Virus record (IMG/VR): IMGVR_UViG_3300028374_000002
Coordinates: 32,001-96,000 of that record
Strand: one strand, 5' to 3'
Source of the DNA: a virus
Lineage: Duplodnaviria > Caudoviricetes
DNA: 64,000 nucleotides
Under the pieces are notes generated by a model, which searched no databases, was not told the origin of the DNA, and was given only the letters and a program-made list of their open reading frames with translations. Position 1 is the stretch's first letter. Every line of letters begins with the position of its first letter. Position numbers and translations under genes: made by a program. Below, piece by piece: positions 18,464 to 28,583 of the stretch.

Positions 18464-18949
18464 ATGAAAATTTTAATTACACCAGATGATATAATAAAAA
18501 GAGGGTGTTGGGATTCCTATGTATATTACATTATTGGTTCAGACAAGGATGCCCATAAATTATTAGAGGACAATGAAGAGATTGATATGTCCGAAAATGA
18601 TGCACTTGTCATCGGTCTTCTAAAAGTTATTGAGACTAACAATCTAATACACAAGTTTAATACATACATAACAGAGATACTTAGCAACAAGTCTTCAAAG
18701 CAAGAAAAAACACTAATGATCAGAAAGAAAACATTAGATTTTGCATTAGAAAAGTTTTTAAACAAATTTCCCGATTATTGGAACCCCAATGATTACTGGT
18801 TAGTACCATTAGGGGAACTCAGAGTTTATATAGATAACATGAAGGTTAAGATAGATAATCTTGAAATTCATACTATATCTGAAAGAAACTTTGTGAGCGA
18901 ATTCTATACAACTAATAACGTTAAAAAGCTTCTAAAATTTAATTACTAA
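18464..18949 (+). CDS. Hypothetical protein (161 aa)
   Basis: First gene of a tightly packed plus-strand operon. Confidence 0.75.
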   Translation: MKILITPDDIIKRGCWDSYVYYIIGSDKDAHKLLEDNEEIDMSENDALVIGLLKVIETNNLIHKFNTYITEILSNKSSKQEKTLMIRKKTLDFALEKFLNKFPDYWNPNDYWLVPLGELRVYIDNMKVKIDNLEIHTISERNFVSEFYTTNNVKKLLKFNY

Positions 18950-18950
18950 T

Positions 18951-19865
18951 ATGGAAAATGAAAAGAGTGTGATAATAATAGGTTCTGGACCAGCAGGATA
19001 TACTGCTGCATTGTATGCAGCAAGAGCTGGTTTAAAACCACTAATGATAACTGGGCAGAAAATAGGAGGGCAATTAACTGATACAAATGATGTTGAAAAC
19101 TTCCCAGGATATAGAGAGCCAGTAACTGGTCCAAAAATGATGGAAGATTTTAGATATCAAGCAGAAAAGTTTGGCACTGAAATCATAGAATCCTATATTG
19201 AATATGTTGACACTTCACAATATCCCTACGTTATAAAAGACCATAGAGGTACAGCATATAAAGCTAAGTCAATAATAATATCAACTGGTGCAGAAACCAA
19301 ATGGTTAGGTATTGAATCCGAGACTAAATATAGAGGAATGGGTGTCTCATCATGTGCAACATGTGATGGGTTCTTTTATAAAGACCTTACAGTTATCGTG
19401 ATTGGAGGCGGAGATACCGCTGCCGAGGAAGCCCTTTATCTTTCTAACATATGCAAGTCTGTGATAGTTTTAGTTAGAGGGAATGATATGAAGGCATCCA
19501 AAATAATGCAAAATCGTTTGTTTGATAATGACAAGATAATAGTTCATTTTAATACACATATTGAAGAAATATTAGGTGAGGAAAATAAGGGTGTTACTGG
19601 TGTAAGGATAGGTTCAGGAGATGTGCTTCAGTGTGATGGTGTCTTTGTTGCCATTGGACATAATCCAAGCACAGAAATATTCAAAAATATAATTGATTTA
19701 GACGATGATGGATACATAATAACTAAGCCTAAAAGTACCGAAACTAGTATAGATGGTGTATTTGCATGCGGTGATGTACAAGACAAAAAATATAGACAAG
19801 CTATAACAGCCGCAGGTACTGGATGTATGGCGGCATTAGATGCAGAAAAGTACCTATCAAAATAA
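18951..19865 (+). CDS. trxB: Thioredoxin-disulfide reductase
   Basis: IIGSGPAGYTAA, GGQL, ENFPG, CATCDG, GGGDTAAEEA, GVFACGDV, QAITAAGTG. Confidence 0.97.
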   Translation: MENEKSVIIIGSGPAGYTAALYAARAGLKPLMITGQKIGGQLTDTNDVENFPGYREPVTGPKMMEDFRYQAEKFGTEIIESYIEYVDTSQYPYVIKDHRGTAYKAKSIIISTGAETKWLGIESETKYRGMGVSSCATCDGFFYKDLTVIVIGGGDTAAEEALYLSNICKSVIVLVRGNDMKASKIMQNRLFDNDKIIVHFNTHIEEILGEENKGVTGVRIGSGDVLQCDGVFVAIGHNPSTEIFKNIIDLDDDGYIITKPKSTETSIDGVFACGDVQDKKYRQAITAAGTGCMAALDAEKYLSK

Positions 19866-19881
19866 ATAAAAATAATAAACT

Positions 19882-20406
19882 ATGGAAGATATAACTAAAT
19901 TTTTAAGGGATCGGGGAGTCATAGATGATAACTCAATAAAATTAACTATCATAAAAGATGATGGTGGAGAAATTAACCTTAATGAACTCATAGAGGAATA
20001 CTCTTCTTCTTATAATGAAAAATATATTAGGACACTTGCAGAACTAGAAAATTTCAAAAAACGTGTTAGTAAACAGAAAGAACAACTTAAAAAAGAAGTT
20101 CAATTAAAAACTCTTGAATCTGTTCTTGATATACATAATGAACTATCTATTGCAGTTGAAAAGACTATAAGCGAAGAGGCTAGAAGAAACTTCCAATCAA
20201 TGTTAAAAAAACTTGATAATTCCTTTAAAAGTATAGGTCTTGAAAAGGTTAAGAATAAGCAATATGATGTTGATATACATGAGGTTATAAGTATTGTTGA
20301 TTGTGAAAAGCATGGCATATATGAAGTTGTATCAAATGGTTATATAATGAATGATGAGATAATAAGATATCCTAAGATAATCTTGGGTAAATGTGATGGG
20401 GAATAA
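19882..20406 (+). CDS. grpE: Nucleotide exchange factor GrpE (divergent)
   Basis: EKYIRTLAELENFKKR, YDVDIHEVI, GYIMNDEIIRYPKIIL. Confidence 0.85.
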   Translation: MEDITKFLRDRGVIDDNSIKLTIIKDDGGEINLNELIEEYSSSYNEKYIRTLAELENFKKRVSKQKEQLKKEVQLKTLESVLDIHNELSIAVEKTISEEARRNFQSMLKKLDNSFKSIGLEKVKNKQYDVDIHEVISIVDCEKHGIYEVVSNGYIMNDEIIRYPKIILGKCDGE

Positions 20407-20409
20407 ATT

Positions 20410-20925
20410 ATGGAAGATTTAGATAAAAGTCAAATGAAAAGGCAAATTATAATAGATTCTTTGTGTACAGGTATTGTAAATACCTCTGACTTCATAGACG
20501 ATATAAACTACTTAATAGATAAAAGGATGTGTGACTTATCTGACGTTTTATATAATATTAGTATATACGATGGTGAAGATGATAAAATCATAGATCTTAT
20601 ATTACCCACATATAGAAAGGTGTGGTCTTCTGTTTATATAAACATTCCAACATATTTCGAATATACATCTAGAGATAGAGATGAAACATTAAAGCTATAT
20701 CAAATAATGTTTAATGCTGATGATTTCTTTGATCATTTTATAGAAGTCATAGATAAGACTAGAGGATCTTTTGAAAGATTTGATTATATAGATAAGACGG
20801 TTACTCATGTTAGTGTTATAGCGGATGATTATATATGCTACTTGATAGATCGTGTCTTAAATTGCAAAGATGTAAAAATGGAGATTAGAAATGCAAAATT
20901 GAAACAAATAAACAGAAGTAAGTAA
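20410..20925 (+). CDS. Hypothetical protein (171 aa)
   Basis: Operon member; C-terminal IRNAKLKQI motif. Confidence 0.75.
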   Translation: MEDLDKSQMKRQIIIDSLCTGIVNTSDFIDDINYLIDKRMCDLSDVLYNISIYDGEDDKIIDLILPTYRKVWSSVYINIPTYFEYTSRDRDETLKLYQIMFNADDFFDHFIEVIDKTRGSFERFDYIDKTVTHVSVIADDYICYLIDRVLNCKDVKMEIRNAKLKQINRSK

Positions 20926-20930
20926 CAAGC

Positions 20931-21257
20931 ATGAGCAAACTAAAAAATTGGAAGCTTAAATCAACTAATATTTCTATTAATGATACTACTAGGAAACGTT
21001 GTGAAACTAATGCTGAAATATACATGAATAAGTTTAAAATAATATTTGAAAACTTATTCGAATCGTCTTATTATTGTGGTGGTAATGTACCTACAAAACA
21101 AGAAGTAGAATCCCATTTAAACTCACTTGGATTTAAACTAACTATAAAAAAAGATGGAACTATGGTTTTGAAGTATAGTAGATACTTTGACATAGTACTT
21201 GATAGCAATACAAATTCAATAATAAGAGCAATTAAATTAAAAAATATTTTAAAATGA
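20931..21257 (+). CDS. Hypothetical protein (108 aa)
   Basis: Operon member; C-terminal IRAIKLKNILK motif. Confidence 0.7.
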   Translation: MSKLKNWKLKSTNISINDTTRKRCETNAEIYMNKFKIIFENLFESSYYCGGNVPTKQEVESHLNSLGFKLTIKKDGTMVLKYSRYFDIVLDSNTNSIIRAIKLKNILK

Positions 21258-22315
21258 AAGATAACTATTACGAAACACTAGGAATTGACAAAAACGCAAG
21301 TCAAGATGAAATAAAGAAAGCATATAGAAAGATGGCTTTAAAATATCATCCTGATAAAAACCCAGATGATATAGAAGCAGAGGGGAATTTCAAAAAAGCA
21401 GCTGAGGCTTATGATACACTAAAGGATGAATCTAAAAGAAATAATTATGACAGATTTGGAACTAGTGGAAACTCTAATACTGGTCAAAGTTCCAGCCAAG
21501 GCCATGGATTTGGTTTTGAAGACATATTCAATCAATTCGGTGATGTTTTTGGGAATTATTCAAAACAAAGATATAACAATTCTACACAACCTAAAAAGAA
21601 AGGTTCTAATCTTAGACTAAAGGTCAGTTTAACAATAGAAGATATACTAAATGGTGTGAATAAAACATTAAAGTATAATAGAAGGAAACATTGTAACACT
21701 TGTTCTGGTAAAGGTGGTAATGAAAGTTCTTCTTGTAATAAATGTAGTGGTAGTGGATATAAAATAATCATACAAGAAACACCATTTGGTAGTATGAGGC
21801 AACAAGTAATATGTTCTGAATGTGATGGAGATGGTACTCAAATAAAAAACAAGTGTAAAGACTGTGGTGGTCTAGGTACTAAAGAAGAATCAGAAAAACT
21901 AGATGTTGACATACCAGCAGGTGTTACATCTGGTATGAAGATAGGTATGAGTGGGTACGGCAACTATGCTAAGAATGGTATAGCGGGGGATTTACATATT
22001 TTTATTGATGAAATAAAAGAAGATTATTTCACCAGGGATAACAATAATATACTTATAAACAAAGAGATAAATGTAATAGATGCTATACTAGGTAATGAAG
22101 TTGAGGTAAAAACACCAAGAGGCACAATTAAATTAAATATAAACCCAGGTACTAAAGATGGACACGTGGCTAGATTCTCTGGTAAAGGAATACCTGATGT
22201 GAACTATGGTATGGGAAATATGTATGTTAGTATAAAAATAAGAATTCCAGCTGATATAAACGGAGAAGAAAGAAAAGTTTTAGAGAAACTAAAAGGCTCT
22301 GTTAATTTTAAATAA
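21254..22315 (+). CDS. dnaJ: Chaperone DnaJ
   Basis: J-domain with HPD, G/F linker, four CxxCxGxG repeats, C-terminal GDLHI...PGT. Confidence 0.97.
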   Translation: MKDNYYETLGIDKNASQDEIKKAYRKMALKYHPDKNPDDIEAEGNFKKAAEAYDTLKDESKRNNYDRFGTSGNSNTGQSSSQGHGFGFEDIFNQFGDVFGNYSKQRYNNSTQPKKKGSNLRLKVSLTIEDILNGVNKTLKYNRRKHCNTCSGKGGNESSSCNKCSGSGYKIIIQETPFGSMRQQVICSECDGDGTQIKNKCKDCGGLGTKEESEKLDVDIPAGVTSGMKIGMSGYGNYAKNGIAGDLHIFIDEIKEDYFTRDNNNILINKEINVIDAILGNEVEVKTPRGTIKLNINPGTKDGHVARFSGKGIPDVNYGMGNMYVSIKIRIPADINGEERKVLEKLKGSVNFK

Positions 22316-22492
22316 TTAAACATCACCTATATCGTTCATATATGAGAAAAGAAGTATAAGACAACTTGAAAATATACAAGCTATCGAAATATTGGTAATT
22401 ACGTTATAACCATTCACAGAGTTACTAGAAATGATAAACCACATAATAGATATGGTGATGAATGTTCTTCTGTATTTTGCTATTCTTTTCAT
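22316..22492 (-). CDS. Small two-TM membrane protein (58 aa, below cutoff)
   Basis: MKRIAKYRRTFITISIMWFIISSNSVNGYNVITNISIACIFSSCLILLFSYMNDIGDV fills the gap exactly. Confidence 0.6.
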   Translation of the reverse strand: MKRIAKYRRTFITISIMWFIISSNSVNGYNVITNISIACIFSSCLILLFSYMNDIGDV

Positions 22493-22517
22493 AGGATGGT
22501 AAATATACTAAAACTAA

Positions 22518-23153
22518 TTATATAATTGACACTTTAGCCTTTCTTTCGTTTAAAAGTATTTGTAATTCATCTTTTCTAAATGTTTTTAGATAAATATCGT
22601 TCATAGCATCTGTGTTTTGTAAATCCCATTCACTACCATTTGATGTTTGGTATATATATCTCTCATCACCATCAATAATCTCGATACTTCTAGATGTTAA
22701 CTTTTCATAAAACTTTTTAACATCATCATTTACTTTATACATCTTAGCATCTTCCCATCTATCCAAAGAAGAATTCCATGTTTGGAATAACATATAGTCT
22801 GGGTTTTCTAATTCATTAGCATTCATGTCATATATGAACATAAATTTACAGGCTTTATTTAAAAATGTTTGAAAATCATCACTATTCTTAACATCAGACT
22901 TCTTAAGTCCTATGCTAGACAAAGAATTTATAAATTCTATATTATCCGATAGAAATTCAATATCTAAATTATCAACATACACATCTGTTGGTAGGTCTAG
23001 TGTAGTAAATATGTTAACTTCTTCTGCATTTATAGAACTTATTAATGAATCATGCCATATATTTAGTGATTCCATTAAATCATCAAAATGTTCATATTCA
23101 AAATTGAATTGAATTGATTCTTTATAGCTATTGTAGTCCTTGATATATCTCAT
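22518..23153 (-). CDS. Hypothetical protein, CTS-like N-terminus
   Basis: MRYIKDYNSYKES; TAATATATA upstream. Confidence 0.8.
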   Translation of the reverse strand: MRYIKDYNSYKESIQFNFEYEHFDDLMESLNIWHDSLISSINAEEVNIFTTLDLPTDVYVDNLDIEFLSDNIEFINSLSSIGLKKSDVKNSDDFQTFLNKACKFMFIYDMNANELENPDYMLFQTWNSSLDRWEDAKMYKVNDDVKKFYEKLTSRSIEIIDGDERYIYQTSNGSEWDLQNTDAMNDIYLKTFRKDELQILLNERKAKVSII

Positions 23154-23239
23154 ATGTATAATTGGTTGTAAAGATATATATTAATTTTTAAAAACAACAA
23201 TGGTATTTTAATATATAAAGAAAACATATTTATAATTAG

Positions 23240-24607
23240 ATGAAATGGATTAGAAATTACGAGATATTCAAAGAGAGTAAATCATATTCAAATAAAAATT
23301 TAGTTAAAGAAATATGTACTTCAATGGTACTTCTTAACAATACGTTTTTAGATGATTTACTAGACAAAGGTATAAAGGCTAGATATTCGTCAAATTCTGA
23401 TGTATTCCTAACTGATTTAAAAAATCTATTAATTACTAAGAATAGATTAGAGTTAGGTAAGTACATTGATGGTAAATGTCAAAAAGATGATGAAATATCC
23501 AAAGTAATCGAACATTTTGAAGGTGTTAAGTTTGATATAGAGAAAGACTGGAAGTTGTTAGTAGATTCAAGAACTACTGCTAGAAGTATTATTGATAAAC
23601 TTTTAGCAGAGGAAAAGCTAGAAGAGAGTAGAATAAAGAAAGTATATTGGTTAGGACCAAACAAGACAGATGAATATGGTGAAGATATCGTTGTTGAGTT
23701 AAATGATGGTAGACAATTCTCTTTCTTCCTTGATAAAAGCTTATCAAAAACAAAAACAGCATCATTTAATAAGCTATCAGAAGAATTAATAGGTAATGAT
23801 TTAGATAATCTATTCAAGGGTGATTATCTTGAAAAATGGTCAATGCTAACACAAGAATGGATTACACTAATTTATGAGAATGTAAATAAAAATATACAAT
23901 CTCATATTGAAAAATTCATAGACACAAAAAATATTGATAAAATAGGATATTTTGATTTCTTTTCGATAAGACACAATGATTCTAGATATAGACACCTTGG
24001 GGAATATATGAAAGAGTTTGATAGAAACATACTTAATCTTTCTGATTTATTAATAGAAGTTTGGAAGGATAAGAAAATGTTTTTTAAAGATGAAGAATTA
24101 GTAACTAAAAAGTGGAATGAGACAAAAGTTGTTTTGCTCAACTCTAAAATACTAGAAAAGTTATTTACTGATTCTTTCAAAGAAAACTATCTAGATGACA
24201 TCGATAAACTAGATAATAATTTCAAACTAGCAACTGGTGAACTGAAAATGAAGTTATTTAAAATAATTGTTGAAAAATTAGGTTGCGAAGAAAGAAATAT
24301 TTATTACTTAGATAAGGGTAAATCATTCGAGATGATACCTTCTAGACAATTCTTTAGAAGATATTTTGATGATTTAGATATAATGTTTGACTATCACGTA
24401 GATTTTACAACTGATTCTGAAGATGATAATAATTTTGGGATTGTTATAAGAGTCGAAATGGATACTGATAAATTATTAGATTTAGACATTGATATAAAGT
24501 TTGCTGGTGGTGAGATGTCTGGTAAATTGAATGCTAAGTATAGTTTTGATATTTCTAAAAATTTTAACTATTTAGTATCTAAAAAGCAAACGTTTAAAGA
24601 ACAATAA
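23240..24607 (+). CDS. Hypothetical protein (455 aa), CTS-like N-terminus
   Basis: MKWIRNYEIFKES; TAATATATA about 21 nt upstream. Confidence 0.85.
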   Translation: MKWIRNYEIFKESKSYSNKNLVKEICTSMVLLNNTFLDDLLDKGIKARYSSNSDVFLTDLKNLLITKNRLELGKYIDGKCQKDDEISKVIEHFEGVKFDIEKDWKLLVDSRTTARSIIDKLLAEEKLEESRIKKVYWLGPNKTDEYGEDIVVELNDGRQFSFFLDKSLSKTKTASFNKLSEELIGNDLDNLFKGDYLEKWSMLTQEWITLIYENVNKNIQSHIEKFIDTKNIDKIGYFDFFSIRHNDSRYRHLGEYMKEFDRNILNLSDLLIEVWKDKKMFFKDEELVTKKWNETKVVLLNSKILEKLFTDSFKENYLDDIDKLDNNFKLATGELKMKLFKIIVEKLGCEERNIYYLDKGKSFEMIPSRQFFRRYFDDLDIMFDYHVDFTTDSEDDNNFGIVIRVEMDTDKLLDLDIDIKFAGGEMSGKLNAKYSFDISKNFNYLVSKKQTFKEQ

Positions 24608-24611
24608 CTAA

Positions 24612-24995
24612 TTACTGCTCTTGTGAAAACATTTCTATGAATTCTTCATCAAAGTCACCATTATCATCAAAAACTGGGACTTCGTCATAACCTATTTCAC
24701 ACATAAATGGAAAACTTGACTTAGAGTTGTATGTGGTTTTCATAATGACATCCTCTCCATTTACAGTAATATGGTAATTTGATACATAAAGACCATCACT
24801 ACCTAAATCTATTTCAAAAGGCTCACCACTTTCTTCTATGATTATACTTATACCTTCTGGTAATTGATGGTCTAATATTTTAAGAGCTAGGACACCCATA
24901 CATTTAAGTAATTTACTTTCATTAAAGAAATCTCTAGGTATTACTCTTTTGTAGTCACTATTATACGATTCGAATGTTTTTATGTTTTTTTCCAT
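24612..24995 (-). CDS. Acidic hypothetical protein, CTS-like N-terminus
   Basis: MEKNIKTFESYNS; TAATATATA 4 nt upstream. Confidence 0.8.
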   Translation of the reverse strand: MEKNIKTFESYNSDYKRVIPRDFFNESKLLKCMGVLALKILDHQLPEGISIIIEESGEPFEIDLGSDGLYVSNYHITVNGEDVIMKTTYNSKSSFPFMCEIGYDEVPVFDDNGDFDEEFIEMFSQEQ

Positions 24996-25005
24996 ATGAT
25001 ATATA

Positions 25006-26298
25006 TTAAATTCTTATAGTAATATTGTTAGAACCATCTGTTCTTGTATATCTAGTATTCTCTGAAAATATCACATTATAAGTTGATCTTAAACCATCTA
25101 ATTCTTCTTCTGATAGACCGATTATCTTCTCCCCATTTGGTAGCTCAACATCAAAGACAACTATATCCTCATTTACATTCTCTTCAAAGTCACCAGATAT
25201 ACCAGTTAAATCTTTAACATTAACTACCACATTATCTAAATTATCTAATTCTTTAAGTAATTCATCTATACTAACTTTTCTCTTAACCTCTCCTAGTGTT
25301 GCTTCTATCTTAGTCTGGTCTATATATTTACCAGTTTTAACAACTTCCCAATCTTCTAATATCCTCTCAACCTCATCTATATCATCCTCATCAACACGCA
25401 CAAAGTCATTATTGGGCAGATATTCCATAGAGCGTAATCTTCTAGCTATTGTTCTAGCCCTTCTACCTTCTTTGTCGCTAGAGGTACTATTTTTTATAGC
25501 TGATATAGCTCTTTTTATAAAATCCTCTATTGAAAGAAGTATAGACAATATAGAATTTTTTAAAATTCTATATAATTTACTTAGTATAGCTGATATAGTG
25601 TTTAGTGCGGCTTCTGAACAAAGAACATTGAGTACAGAAAAAAAGGGGAATATAGATAAAGCATCTAATGCCTTTGATTTTAATGACAAAAGTAGCATTA
25701 TTATATCTAATATCATAGTAATCATACCAGGCACATTAAATGCAAATGGTGCTAACATACCAACACCACCTGATATACTTGTTCCGATTGTAACAACTGC
25801 AAAAGCTATTTCTTTCACGAGTTCTACTACCTTTCTAACAAATTCCATTATTTTTTGTTTTATAGTTGCTTTAAGGCTTCTTGCTTTTTTATAGTATGGT
25901 GAATCTTCTGTAAGTGGATATTGTTTTTGTGTGTCTACTTGTTTTTTTATAGACTCATCAATAAGATTTTTTTTAAAAGGTGTATCACCCAATTCTGATA
26001 GATTAGTTAGTTGGTCTTCACTCTGTGATATTCCTTGTGAGGTAAGACCTAAACTTGGTCTAGAAGCTGTGTCTTGGGCTTCCTCGTCCGTAGCATCTGT
26101 GTTAGTTCCTAGATTTTTAAAACCATCTGTCATAAGTTCTATGTCTGCTGGTGGCATTGCGGGATTTTCGTCAGCTATAAGCTTTTTAACTATTTCTTTG
26201 TCATCTAATAAGAACTGGTTTATATCAAAACCAGGAATAGCTGAGCCTAGCTCCCCTTCTATTGAAGTTATATCTTGTAAAAGTTTATTATATGACAT
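25006..26298 (-). CDS. Hypothetical protein with central hydrophobic helices (possibly structural)
   Basis: Start moved to MSYNKLL (26298), 4 nt after AAATATATA; hydrophobic segments such as IAFAVVTIG...MILDIIMLLLSL. Confidence 0.8.
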   Translation of the reverse strand: MSYNKLLQDITSIEGELGSAIPGFDINQFLLDDKEIVKKLIADENPAMPPADIELMTDGFKNLGTNTDATDEEAQDTASRPSLGLTSQGISQSEDQLTNLSELGDTPFKKNLIDESIKKQVDTQKQYPLTEDSPYYKKARSLKATIKQKIMEFVRKVVELVKEIAFAVVTIGTSISGGVGMLAPFAFNVPGMITMILDIIMLLLSLKSKALDALSIFPFFSVLNVLCSEAALNTISAILSKLYRILKNSILSILLSIEDFIKRAISAIKNSTSSDKEGRRARTIARRLRSMEYLPNNDFVRVDEDDIDEVERILEDWEVVKTGKYIDQTKIEATLGEVKRKVSIDELLKELDNLDNVVVNVKDLTGISGDFEENVNEDIVVFDVELPNGEKIIGLSEEELDGLRSTYNVIFSENTRYTRTDGSNNITIRI

Positions 26299-26370
26299 AC
26301 TGTATATATTTTTTATGTAACTTCTCCTAAACATTTTAATAAATATGTATATAACAATAAAATATTTATT

Positions 26371-26595
26371 ATGCCAAAAAGTAAAAATAGAAAAGAACAC
26401 AAATCAAAAGTTCATAAAAGAAATTCTAAAAAAGAGCAAGATAAGAAAGATGTAGAGAGACGTAGGGCAAATTACATAAACCAACTCATAGAAAAAGAGC
26501 AAGAAAATGGTGTGTTTGATAATGTAGAGCCTTATGATGAGATAGATAATGATAAAGAAAGTGATGGTGGTCAAGAACAGAAACCGTTAACTTAA
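26371..26595 (+). CDS. Small protein, basic N-terminus and acidic C-terminus
   Basis: MPKSKNRKEHKSKVHKR...; strongly charge-segregated. Confidence 0.7.
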   Translation: MPKSKNRKEHKSKVHKRNSKKEQDKKDVERRRANYINQLIEKEQENGVFDNVEPYDEIDNDKESDGGQEQKPLT

Positions 26596-26808
26596 TTTAG
26601 GTTTTACTTCTGCCTCTGTCTCTTGGAGTTCTTTTATATCTTCTTCAATATAGTGATTGCTTAATACAATATTCATTTCATGTCTTAGGTAATTTCTGAT
26701 TAAACTTATAGATTTAAAGTTAGAAGATGAAAGACAAGATGATGTAAGAAACCAATTTATTAAAAGAATATAATTAATATCCTTTATGTGCTTTATATCT
26801 TTATCCAT
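26587..26808 (-). CDS. Small hypothetical protein (73 aa)
   Basis: Start moved to MDKDIKHIK (26808), 20 nt after TTTATATATA. Confidence 0.55.
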   Translation of the reverse strand: MDKDIKHIKDINYILLINWFLTSSCLSSSNFKSISLIRNYLRHEMNIVLSNHYIEEDIKELQETEAEVKPKLS

Positions 26809-26889
26809 TTGTGTTATAATTTTAACCTTATATATAAAAACTAAAAAATGAATTTTGACTTTTTTCACAGAATACCTAAACAAATCCAA

Positions 26890-26904
26890 ATATATATATA
26901 TATA
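26890..26904. repeat. (AT)7 microsatellite overlapping the promoter motif
   Basis: ATATATATATATATA ending 7 nt before the ATG at 26912. Confidence 0.8.
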
Positions 26905-26911
26905 CGTAAAT

Positions 26912-27238
26912 ATGATTAAAGATTTAAACGATAAGGAATTACTAGACTTTCTTATGAACTCAGACTACGAAGAAGATTTAAAACCAGAAGATTTAACTTA
27001 TTTACTCTTTAGGTTTAAATACTTCTATAGAATCTTACATGGTAGAATGGAAAACGCTAAGAGTGAGAAAGGTGCAGAACTTATGAACTTAAAAGATGAT
27101 TTAAAGTCAATAAGTAAAAAAATGATAGATGTTAAAACGGAACTAGCTGATAAAAAAAACTATATAGACCAATTTGAATCTAGAAAGCTAACACTTTCAG
27201 AGCGTTGGAAAGGTAAACTAAATATTAAAAATAGATGA
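26912..27238 (+). CDS. Coiled-coil hypothetical protein
   Basis: Start moved to MIKDLND; ATGA overlap with the next gene. Confidence 0.75.
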   Translation: MIKDLNDKELLDFLMNSDYEEDLKPEDLTYLLFRFKYFYRILHGRMENAKSEKGAELMNLKDDLKSISKKMIDVKTELADKKNYIDQFESRKLTLSERWKGKLNIKNR

Positions 27239-28341
27239 AAGTAGAAAAATTTAAAGAATTAGATCAACAGATGAATAACTATAGTTTTAATACTAGTTAT
27301 AGCAACATAAACAAAATAATGAAGGGGTTGTCATACTTTGGTAATATGACATCAATATTCCTTGCTTATTTCTTTATGTCCGATATATTATCTGGGCCAA
27401 TTGGTGATAACCAAGCACTAGTTGTTGCAGCATCGTTAATTATATTAATAGGTGTGGAACTTCTAAAAAGAGATATATTTGACAAGTTTTCCATTCAATC
27501 CCTAAAGGATAATACAATAAAAAAGACTGCCTTACCATTGGCAATATTAAGTGTATTGCTTATATTTTTATCATTTTATTCATCCTTGAGTGGTGCTAAA
27601 AAGTTTTCATTAAAGTCTGATGAAATAGAAGTTAAGACGGTGAATAAACTAGATGTTTATAGAGATAGTTTAACTACTATCTATGATACTAAGATAGGTG
27701 TTATTGAGAATAGGAATAAAATATTGTTTAATCAAAACATAAAATTTGATGAAGAAGCAGCTGAACTACCAGGTAATTATATATCTGCTAAAGAAAATAT
27801 TAGAAGTAACAAAAAGGTAAACTTAGAACAGATTAGTATAAACAAAGAAGAGATAGACGAACTCAAAGAAGAGTTTAAGACTAGGGTAGATGCAAAAAGT
27901 AATTCACTGACTAACAAATCTTCTAAAGAAAAAGAAAAGAATTCAGATAACTCTTTCCTTTTTATCATATTGTCAACATTTATAGAACTTATTATATTAG
28001 GTGGTGTCTATTTCAACCAATACTATAGATTTAGGTCTTATAAAGAATTTAGAAAAAAGATAGAAAAAGATCCAAAATATCAGAAATGGTTATTATATGA
28101 TGAGATACTATCAAATATCGTGTCTAGTGAGACTAAGATGAATGAGAAATTACCATCTAACAAATCAATAATAGACACTTGTAAAGTAAATGATATAATC
28201 ATACTACCCAAGGATATAAAGGACTTTATGAAAGTGTTATTAGGTCTTGGTATAATAAAATCTAGTGGGAGTGCTAGGTATATTATAAAAGAAAGGGAAA
28301 TGGCTAAAGAAACATTAAGAAATCATTTTAATATAAAATAA
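27235..28341 (+). CDS. Multi-pass membrane protein with a long coiled coil
   Basis: Three N-terminal hydrophobic helices, a coiled-coil loop, a fourth TM (FLFIILSTFIELIILGGVYF). Confidence 0.85.
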   Translation: MKVEKFKELDQQMNNYSFNTSYSNINKIMKGLSYFGNMTSIFLAYFFMSDILSGPIGDNQALVVAASLIILIGVELLKRDIFDKFSIQSLKDNTIKKTALPLAILSVLLIFLSFYSSLSGAKKFSLKSDEIEVKTVNKLDVYRDSLTTIYDTKIGVIENRNKILFNQNIKFDEEAAELPGNYISAKENIRSNKKVNLEQISINKEEIDELKEEFKTRVDAKSNSLTNKSSKEKEKNSDNSFLFIILSTFIELIILGGVYFNQYYRFRSYKEFRKKIEKDPKYQKWLLYDEILSNIVSSETKMNEKLPSNKSIIDTCKVNDIIILPKDIKDFMKVLLGLGIIKSSGSARYIIKEREMAKETLRNHFNIK

Positions 28342-28343
28342 TT

Positions 28344-28583
28344 ATGGTAAGATACTTTTGTGATAAATGTAAAAAAGATACTAAAGGGAATAGACTATTA
28401 ACTATCCCTATTTATAGACATATTAAAGACGACAATCCTTTAGATGGGTATTCTGTTATTAATGATGATGGTAATCTAGAACAGATTAGTGGAGTGAGTG
28501 ATGATATAGACCTTTGTATCACTTGTTATAATGTTGTGATGAAACCAATGTGGAATTCTATAAAAAATGAAATAAATGGATAA
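28344..28583 (+). CDS. Small zinc-binding protein
   Basis: YFCDKCKK ... DLCITCY. Confidence 0.7.
   Translation: MVRYFCDKCKKDTKGNRLLTIPIYRHIKDDNPLDGYSVINDDGNLEQISGVSDDIDLCITCYNVVMKPMWNSIKNEING

Noticed and set aside
10613-22315. Interpretation of the window as a bacterial chromosome because of dnaK, dnaJ, grpE, trxB and the T9SS gene
   Set aside because: These genes are scattered among phage-type small ORFs, Rnl1, Dam, tape-measure-like and structural genes, under phage-type promoter motifs, without bacterial operon context.
22321-22460. Long-range inverted repeat CATCACC...GGTGATG suggesting an ncRNA
   Set aside because: The region is better explained by a complete 58-codon membrane-protein ORF on the minus strand.
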